From Candidatus Saccharimonadota bacterium (GTDB lineage: Bacteria; Patescibacteriota; Saccharimonadia; Saccharimonadales; UBA4665), in NCBI GenBank assembly GCA_963718045.1, contig OY970350.1, positions 390,001 through 422,000 on the forward strand: DNA of 32,000 bases. Direction: 5' to 3'. Both the position numbers and the translations under genes were made by a program. Below, piece by piece: positions 26,013 through 32,000 of the stretch (its first letter is position 1; every line of letters begins with the position of its first letter). The notes beneath the pieces are model-generated. The model was not told the DNA's origin, made no database searches, and saw nothing but the letters and a program-made list of their open reading frames with translations.

Positions 26013-27185
26013 TTATTTTTCTTCGTCTTTAACGTCTACGCTATGTTCCTCTATAGCTTCGAGCAGCGAACTTTCTATCTCACTCTTCTTTTTAAGCTTA
26101 GGCTTAGTAATCTCTTTAGAGACAGGGTCGGGAGTTTCATTAGTTCTTTTATCGGCAGCAATATCTAGTTCATACTCAGTTAATTTAGATGCTAATCGGA
26201 CGTTTTGGCCGCCCTTACCAATAGCAATACTAAGCTGGTCTTCAGGGACGGTTACTTGAGCTTTCTTATTAGCCTCATCAATTTTAACCCCCACGACTTT
26301 AGTCGGACTTAGGGCATTAACAATGTATTCTTTAGGGTCAGCACTCCAAACAATAATGTCTATCTTTTCCTGTTCGCCGACTTCACTCATAACAGCATTA
26401 ACTCGAGTACCATGACCGCCGACAAAAGTGCCAACCGGATCTACACCCGGAACATTTGAGGCAACGGCTATTTTGCTTCTGACGCCAGCTTCGCGGGCTA
26501 TTCCTTTAATTTCAACCGCCTTTGATTCCATTTCCGGAACTTCAGCGCGAAACAGCAGTTCAAGAAACTGGGTGTTGCCGCGGCTAACAATAAGCTGCGG
26601 TCCGCGAAAGCTTTTTTCGACGTCTTTAAGAAATACTTTCAGTCTTTGGCCGGGGTAATAATGCTCACCCTGGATTTGTTCGCTTCTAGGCATTATTCCC
26701 TGGGCTTTGCCGAGATCGACTCTAATTACCGTACCTTCAACGCGTGACACATTAGCGTTAATAATGGTGCCTATCTTATCTTCAAATTCGGTTAATATTA
26801 TCTCCCTTTCAGCTTCTCTCAGTCTTTGGAGGATAACCTGTTTCGCTGTTTGGGCAGCAACACGGCCAAAGTCTTCCGCTTTTTCCTTTATTTCGACAGT
26901 TTCGCCGACTTTTACTTCCTTGTTTATCTTCTTGGCATCGTCAAGGCTGATTTCAAAGTTCTGGCTCTTAACCACATCGACTACTTCTTTAGTAACGAAG
27001 GCGTCAATATTCCCGGTGTTTAAGTTCATGCTGATGCGTATTTCTTGTTCCCGGTCACCATAGTCTCGCCTATAGGCAGCGGCTAAGGCTTGTTCAACGA
27101 CTTGCTGGACAGTTTCTTCTGGTAAATTCTTTTCCTCAGCTATTGTTCTAATAGCCAAGGCCAGCTGCTTCATGTCTAAATCCAT
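26013..27185 (-). CDS. nusA: transcription termination/antitermination factor NusA
   Basis: 390 aa with an N-terminal RNAP-binding domain, an S1 domain (GTIINANVSRVEGTVIRVDLG), and KH1 and KH2 (GVDPVGTFVGGHGTRV, AIGKGGQNVRLASKLT). AAAGGAAA Shine-Dalgarno upstream. Confidence 0.93.
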   Translation of the reverse strand: MDLDMKQLALAIRTIAEEKNLPEETVQQVVEQALAAAYRRDYGDREQEIRISMNLNTGNIDAFVTKEVVDVVKSQNFEISLDDAKKINKEVKVGETVEIKEKAEDFGRVAAQTAKQVILQRLREAEREIILTEFEDKIGTIINANVSRVEGTVIRVDLGKAQGIMPRSEQIQGEHYYPGQRLKVFLKDVEKSFRGPQLIVSRGNTQFLELLFRAEVPEMESKAVEIKGIAREAGVRSKIAVASNVPGVDPVGTFVGGHGTRVNAVMSEVGEQEKIDIIVWSADPKEYIVNALSPTKVVGVKIDEANKKAQVTVPEDQLSIAIGKGGQNVRLASKLTEYELDIAADKRTNETPDPVSKEITKPKLKKKSEIESSLLEAIEEHSVDVKDEEK

Positions 27186-27214
27186 TTTATTTCCTTTCTT
27201 TAGTTTCAGGCATT

Positions 27215-27244
27215 AAAAAAACCGACCTAGTTTCAGTCGGTCGG
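27215..27244 (-). terminator. intrinsic-terminator-like hairpin plus U7 tract in the nusA 5' leader (possible attenuator)
   Basis: The minus strand reads CCGACC-gactgaaacta-GGTCGG followed by TTTTTTT (27215..27221). It ends about 30 nt upstream of the nusA ATG. No minus-strand gene lies upstream for it to terminate, because pepN diverges on the plus strand. Confidence 0.5.
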
Positions 27245-27321
27245 AATCTGCTTATTATATTAGCAAACTACTTTCAAAAAGTAAATTGCGTATTCCTGGC
27301 CAAAGAAGTTAAGATAGATAA

Positions 27322-29883
27322 ATGGCCAAGAAAGTCAGACGTTTATATAGTTCATTTAAACCTGAAAGTTATGATCTGGTTCTGCTAGTTGATCCCAAAA
27401 AGATGAAATTTGACGGTTCAGCAGTTATTAAAGGGACTAAACTCGGCCGTCCCTCAAAAAGAATAACTCTTCACCAAAAAGACTTAAAAGTTAAAAGCGT
27501 TAAAGTCATTCACATTGATTCTAAGAGCGCTAGTGAGATTAAGACGACCCGTGTTAATCTTCAGAACCGCTTTAATGAGCTAAGGCTGCATTTTGATCGT
27601 CTTCTGCCTGGCGGCCGGTACGAGATAAAAATAGACTACGAGGGTAAGATTAACCCCCAGCTTCATGGTATTTATACATCATCTTATAAGGAAGCAGGTA
27701 GTAATAAAACTATTATCTGCACCCAGTTTGAATCACATCATGCCAGGGAAGCTTTTCCTTGTATTGATGAGCCGGAAGCAAAGAGTGTTTTTAATTTAAC
27801 GCTAAAAGTCCCCGGCAGTAATAAGACAGTCTTATCTAATACAGAGCCTCTCAAAGAAACCGTGGAGGATAAATACCGGGTTATTTCGTTTGAGCCTACA
27901 CCTAAAATGAGTACCTATTTGGTGGCTTTTATTGCCGGCGACCTTAAGTATCTGGAAGCTAAGACCAGCAGTAATGTTCGCGTCAGAACATACGCAACTT
28001 ATGATAATGTCGAACATCTAAGATTTGCTCTTGAGTGTGCGGTAAAAACACTAGATTTTTATGAAGAATTTTTTGCTATACCCTACCCCCTAGCAAAATG
28101 CGACCTTGTTGCCCTGCCAGATTTTGCCTCGGGGGCTATGGAAAACTGGGGGTGCATTACTTTTAGAGAACAGGCCCTCCTTGTCGACCCGTTAAATACA
28201 TCACTAGACCTTAAACAGTATGTTGCCAATGTGGTTGCCCATGAGCTGACCCATCAATGGTTCGGTAATTTGGTAACGATGCGCTGGTGGAACGATTTAT
28301 GGCTCAATGAGAGTTTTGCCAGCTGGATGAGTTATTTGGCCGTCGATTTCATGTTTCCCGAGTGGCAGGTCTGGACTCAGTTCATTAATGACGAACAGGC
28401 AGTCGGACTTAGGCAGGATTCGCTTGAATACAGCCATCCGATTGAGATGAAAATAGGGAGTCCGGATGAAATTAGAACCGTCTTTGATTCAATCAGCTAC
28501 GATAAGGGCGCGTCAGTTATAACTATGCTTCATGATTATGTCGGCAGTGATATGTTTAGAGACGGCATAAGACAATATTTGTCCCAGCATACATATGGCA
28601 GTACTGACACCTCAGACCTTTGGCAGGCACTGGAGGAAGTATCAGGAAGGCCAGTCGGTTCCTTTATGGGACGCTGGACAAACAGTACTGGCTATCCGTT
28701 AGTTAAGGTGTCTTACGGCGATATCCTGCACTTAGAACAGCATCGTTTCTACTTAAATCCCAAGTCCTCTAAAGAAACGACTATCTGGCCTATACCTTTG
28801 TTTAGCGACCTTGATATAGGCAGTGATACTTTTAGTCACCGGTCACTTAATTTAAACCCAGCTAATATGCCGGCAAGTCCGCTCATTAACAAAGGACGCC
28901 GCGGTTTTTATAGGGCTATATACGATGACCGGACAATAAGCAGCTTATTAACTGCTGATCAGCTCAGCACGCTAGACGACGTCGATAGACTGGGCCTCAT
29001 TGCTGATGCCTTTGAAGCTTCGAAAGGCGGCTATATGCATACAGTCAGCGCTCTTAATATGCTGCCCAGCTTCTTTAATGAGACTAGCGTCGTTGTTTGG
29101 GAAGCAATAGCATCCGGACTTGGCGGCATTAAACTAGCCATGAACGATAATGCTGTTAGAGAAGGAATGAAGCCTTTTGTCAGGCTTTTAGTTTCTAATG
29201 AAGTTGGCAGATTAGGACTAGTGGCCAAAAAGGCTGACAGCCATTTTGATAAGCTGCTGCGGCCTCTGATTATTGGTTTGTCGGCCGGTGCTGATGAACC
29301 GGCTGTCTTAAAAGAAATTAAAGAAATATTTTATTCTAAAAAATCTGAAGATATTGATCCGGATATTAGGGGTGTAGTCTACGTAACTATTGGCAGGCTG
29401 GGCACTAAGTCAGATTTTGAGTTACTAGTTAAAATGCATAAAGAAAGTGATTCGCCTGAAGAAAAACTGAAATTAGCAGCTGCCCTAACCAACTTTAAAC
29501 AGCCTGAGCTTATTAATAAGGCATTAGCTATGATCAGATCAGACGATGTTAGATCACAAGACATTGTTTATTGGCTTAGTTACGCCCTATCTAACCATCA
29601 CGGACGGGATATGGCCTGGCAATGGCTAAAAGATAACTGGGACTGGATCGAAGAAAGCATGGGAGAAGATCTAAGTTTTTACAGGCTGCCTTTTTATGTT
29701 GCCGTCAACTATAGCTCGATGGAGTTTCTCAAAGAATTTAAGCAGTTCTTTAACGCGCATATGTCTGGCAGCTTCGAAAGGCCGGTAAGTCAAGCCATTG
29801 AAACTATTGAATGGCAGGCTGCTTGGAAGAAACGTGATTTAGAGACTATTCAAAAGTTCTTTGTTAAATGGGCTAAAGCTTAG
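27322..29883 (+). CDS. pepN: M1-family aminopeptidase N
   Basis: 853 aa with the GAMENWG exopeptidase motif, the HELTHQWFGNLVTMRWWNDLWLNESFA zinc site (HExxH-x18-E) and a C-terminal ERAP1-like helical domain. Confidence 0.92.
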   Translation: MAKKVRRLYSSFKPESYDLVLLVDPKKMKFDGSAVIKGTKLGRPSKRITLHQKDLKVKSVKVIHIDSKSASEIKTTRVNLQNRFNELRLHFDRLLPGGRYEIKIDYEGKINPQLHGIYTSSYKEAGSNKTIICTQFESHHAREAFPCIDEPEAKSVFNLTLKVPGSNKTVLSNTEPLKETVEDKYRVISFEPTPKMSTYLVAFIAGDLKYLEAKTSSNVRVRTYATYDNVEHLRFALECAVKTLDFYEEFFAIPYPLAKCDLVALPDFASGAMENWGCITFREQALLVDPLNTSLDLKQYVANVVAHELTHQWFGNLVTMRWWNDLWLNESFASWMSYLAVDFMFPEWQVWTQFINDEQAVGLRQDSLEYSHPIEMKIGSPDEIRTVFDSISYDKGASVITMLHDYVGSDMFRDGIRQYLSQHTYGSTDTSDLWQALEEVSGRPVGSFMGRWTNSTGYPLVKVSYGDILHLEQHRFYLNPKSSKETTIWPIPLFSDLDIGSDTFSHRSLNLNPANMPASPLINKGRRGFYRAIYDDRTISSLLTADQLSTLDDVDRLGLIADAFEASKGGYMHTVSALNMLPSFFNETSVVVWEAIASGLGGIKLAMNDNAVREGMKPFVRLLVSNEVGRLGLVAKKADSHFDKLLRPLIIGLSAGADEPAVLKEIKEIFYSKKSEDIDPDIRGVVYVTIGRLGTKSDFELLVKMHKESDSPEEKLKLAAALTNFKQPELINKALAMIRSDDVRSQDIVYWLSYALSNHHGRDMAWQWLKDNWDWIEESMGEDLSFYRLPFYVAVNYSSMEFLKEFKQFFNAHMSGSFERPVSQAIETIEWQAAWKKRDLETIQKFFVKWAKA

Positions 29884-30402
29884 CCGATGCAGGCAGCAGG
29901 GACCGTTTGTACTAATAGCTAAAAGGTGGGCTTTAGTCCCATAACCAACGTGAATATTAAAGCTGTAGTTCGGAAAATACCTAGCCATATTCCTCATATA
30001 GTTATCCCTGGCAACTTTAGCAATAATACTAGCCGCACTTACGGCCGGCACTAATTCGTCGGCATTAATTATGGTTTTTACATTTGTATAATCCGGCAGG
30101 TAATTATAATTGCCATCTAATATAATGACGTCAATTGGGACACGAATAAGTTTGAGAGCCCTTTTAATCGCTAGACTTGTTGCTTTGGTCAGCCCCATTT
30201 GGTCAATCTCGTGCGGCCATACCCAGCCCAAACTTGCTGCCTGGGACTCTATATAGATCTGTTTAGATAATTTTTCGCGCTGTTTAGGGGTAAGAAGTTT
30301 AGAATCTTTAAGCCCAGGTATATGCTTGCTGAGGCCGACTAAACCGACAACCAGCGGACCAGCTAAAGAGCCGCGGCCAACTTCATCAACGCCAACTTCC
30401 AT
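29839..30402 (-). CDS. rnhB: ribonuclease HII
   Basis: 187 aa. The N-terminal GVDEVGRGSLAGPLVV contains the catalytic DE, and DSK and further Asp motifs are present. The 3' end overlaps the pepN 3' end by 45 nt (convergent). Confidence 0.9.
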   Translation of the reverse strand: MEVGVDEVGRGSLAGPLVVGLVGLSKHIPGLKDSKLLTPKQREKLSKQIYIESQAASLGWVWPHEIDQMGLTKATSLAIKRALKLIRVPIDVIILDGNYNYLPDYTNVKTIINADELVPAVSAASIIAKVARDNYMRNMARYFPNYSFNIHVGYGTKAHLLAISTNGPCCLHRLSFSPFNKELLNSL

Positions 30403-30427
30403 AAGCTGTATTTTATATCTTTTTAGT

Positions 30428-30928
30428 TTAGTTAGCGTCTTTGGATCCTTTTTCGGGTTTATCTTCTTGCTTAGATTCTTCGGTCGCTGGTTCTTCTATA
30501 ACTTCTTCTTTAGTCTCGGCTGGTTTTTCTTTAACTTCAGGCTTAGTTTCTTCGTTAGGCGCGTTAACGGCTTCTTTATCAAAACCAATGCTGGCCAGCC
30601 TGGCTGATTTGCCGGTTCTGTTTCTCATATAGCTTAGGTAATTTCGTCTAACTTTGCTTCTCTTAGTTACTTCAACCTTAACGATTAGCGGGCTGTTAAG
30701 TAAGAAGCTCTTTTCTACACCAACACCGCTGGCAACTCTTCTTACTGTAATCCGGGATAAGTGGCCGCCTGTTTTAGAAGTCTTAATGACTAGCCCCTGG
30801 AAGACCTGGATTCTCTCTTTATTGCCTTCCCTAATTTTTTGATGCACGCGGACATTATCTCCGCTTCTTACGTTAGTTACGGAGTTTTTCTTGTACTGGG
30901 CGTTAATTTCTTCTATTAGACTAGCCAT
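30428..30928 (-). CDS. rplS: 50S ribosomal protein L19 with Lys/Glu/Pro-rich C-terminal extension
   Basis: 166 aa. The core matches L19 (GDNVRVHQKIREGNKERIQVFQGLVI, RRVASGVGVEKSF, RRNYLSYMRNRTGKSARL) and is followed by a charged tail of about 54 aa. Confidence 0.93.
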   Translation of the reverse strand: MASLIEEINAQYKKNSVTNVRSGDNVRVHQKIREGNKERIQVFQGLVIKTSKTGGHLSRITVRRVASGVGVEKSFLLNSPLIVKVEVTKRSKVRRNYLSYMRNRTGKSARLASIGFDKEAVNAPNEETKPEVKEKPAETKEEVIEEPATEESKQEDKPEKGSKDAN

Positions 30929-30978
30929 AAGTCTTGAGATTGTACCTTATTGCCTCTGATCTGTAAAGAGTTGGCTGT

Positions 30979-32000
30979 CTAGTCAATAACACGGAAGATT
31001 TCACTAAGCGTAGTCAGTCCGGCAATTACCTTAAAAGCAGCGTCTTGGGTCATTGTTATCATACCACTGTCTATGGCTGCTTTTTCTATGTCCTGAGTGG
31101 CAACTATTGTATCTGTTGATTCAAGAATTGCTCTAATTTTATCGGACATCATAAACTGCTCGCGGATAGCAATTTGGCCTTTATATCCGTAGGGGTTATC
31201 TTCTGTAAGAGTTGGCTTATACAGCTTCAGGTTAGATACATCAGGCCGAGTAACACCTTCCGGAAGACTATTGAGTAATCTATTAAGCGAGTTTATTTCT
31301 GCCTCGCTTGGCTGGTACTCTTCTCTTGCATTAGGATCAAGACTTCTAACTAAGCGCTGGGCCATAAGCAGCCTAATGGCTGAAATATATAACGGGTTCT
31401 GATTTATTATGTCAGCTAGTCTGGTAATAGCAGCCGAAGCTGAATTGGCATGGAAGGTGCTTAAGACTAGATGGCCCGTCATGGCAGCTTGCAGGGCAGC
31501 CTTAGCTGTATCATTGTCTCTAATCTCACCCACCATAATGATGTCCGGATCCAGCCTAAGAACAGCCCGCAGCTGGTCAGCAAAGACTGAGTCTCTAGCT
31601 TTTTCTGACGTCCTAATAGATATCTGGGTAATACCTTTGAATTCGTACTCAACAGGGTCTTCAATGGTTATGATCTTTCTCTCGTCATTAGAAAGAGACT
31701 TGAGCATCGAATAAAGGGTTGTTGTTTTACCTGAGCCGGTAGGGCCGACAACCATAACTAGACCGCTGGGTTTAGCAATAATGTCATCAACCACTTTTCG
31801 TTCCCTCTCAGATAAGCCCAAGTTGTCTAGTTTATACATCTCTTCGTCCATGTTAAATAGACGCATAACAACGTCCATGGAGTTTATTGTCTGGACGGTT
31901 TCGAGCCTCACATTGACATCGACTTGACTGCCATTGGCCATCGTTACCTTTTGGGATATATGGCCCTGCTGGGCTTCTCTGGCTGACGTTGATATATCGC
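30979..32000 (-). CDS. pilB: type IV pilus / type II secretion assembly ATPase (PilB/GspE family), N-terminus beyond the window edge
   Basis: Walker A GPTGSGKTT, Asp box ITIEDPVEYE, Walker B DPDIIMVGEIRD and His box GHLVLSTFHAN. The reading frame stays open from 31941 to 32000 (…DISTSAREAQQGHISQKVT-MANG…), matching the PilB/GspE N2 region, so the Met at 31941 is internal. Confidence 0.85.
   Translation of the reverse strand, partial: DISTSAREAQQGHISQKVTMANGSQVDVNVRLETVQTINSMDVVMRLFNMDEEMYKLDNLGLSERERKVVDDIIAKPSGLVMVVGPTGSGKTTTLYSMLKSLSNDERKIITIEDPVEYEFKGITQISIRTSEKARDSVFADQLRAVLRLDPDIIMVGEIRDNDTAKAALQAAMTGHLVLSTFHANSASAAITRLADIINQNPLYISAIRLLMAQRLVRSLDPNAREEYQPSEAEINSLNRLLNSLPEGVTRPDVSNLKLYKPTLTEDNPYGYKGQIAIREQFMMSDKIRAILESTDTIVATQDIEKAAIDSGMITMTQDAAFKVIAGLTTLSEIFRVID

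Noticed and set aside
25905-26168. 87-aa plus-strand ORF spanning the clpC-nusA intergenic region
   Set aside because: Phe/Leu/Ser-rich low-complexity translation. It runs antisense to the nusA 3' end and through the CIRCE element. No start context. Typical shadow ORF.
30326-30607. 93-aa plus-strand Phe-rich ORF
   Set aside because: Mirror image of the Lys/Glu (AAA/GAA-rich) L19 tail and the rnhB 5' end. A low-complexity artefact.
1-32000. Alternative genetic code (UGA read as an amino acid, as in some CPR lineages)
   Set aside because: All long conserved genes are uninterrupted under code 11, and TGA terminates the PLC-like ORF at 14994..14996 at a sensible length. TGA is simply a rare stop here (1 of ~24).

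Overview
Gene-dense window (roughly 90% coding, mostly on the minus strand) made up almost entirely of housekeeping genes. I call 24 CDS (one runs off the right edge), one tRNA-Leu(UAG), two CIRCE-type operators, a few sigma70-like promoter elements and one intrinsic-terminator-like hairpin. Gene order right to left: pilB' - rplS - rnhB >< pepN <> nusA - clpC - orf326 >< PBP1A <> tyrS - recG - PLC-like - tRNA-Leu >< whiB <> membrane hydrolase-like - tig - clpP - rpoB - rpoC - rpsL - rpsG - orf89 - fusA - DUF218. The standard genetic code fits. TAA and TAG stops dominate, with one TGA stop. I saw no mobile element, CRISPR array, rRNA, integrase, toxin-antitoxin pair or recognisable defence locus, and I cannot point to a novel multi-gene system. 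Tight packing, broken classical synteny (no rplKAJL before rpoB, no rimP/infB around nusA, no clpX after clpP) and divergent core proteins suggest a reduced-genome lineage, possibly Patescibacteria/CPR and Saccharibacteria-like. That placement is inference only. The interesting signals are at motif and regulatory level. (1) Near-perfect HrcA/CIRCE operators sit on the promoters of clpP and clpC, not on chaperone genes. (2) All three canonical structural Zn(Cys)4 sites visible here have lost every cysteine: two in RNAP beta-prime and one in PilB. (3) The str-operon EF-G has non-canonical G4 (NKIN) and G5 guanine-recognition motifs. (4) TyrRS carries TIGN in place of HIGH. (5) A canonical WhiB-like Fe-S regulator is present, apparently on a leaderless transcript. 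(6) An orphan ORF is inserted between rpsG and fusA. (7) A terminator-like hairpin lies in the nusA leader. All family comparisons rest on motifs recalled from memory. No database search was run.
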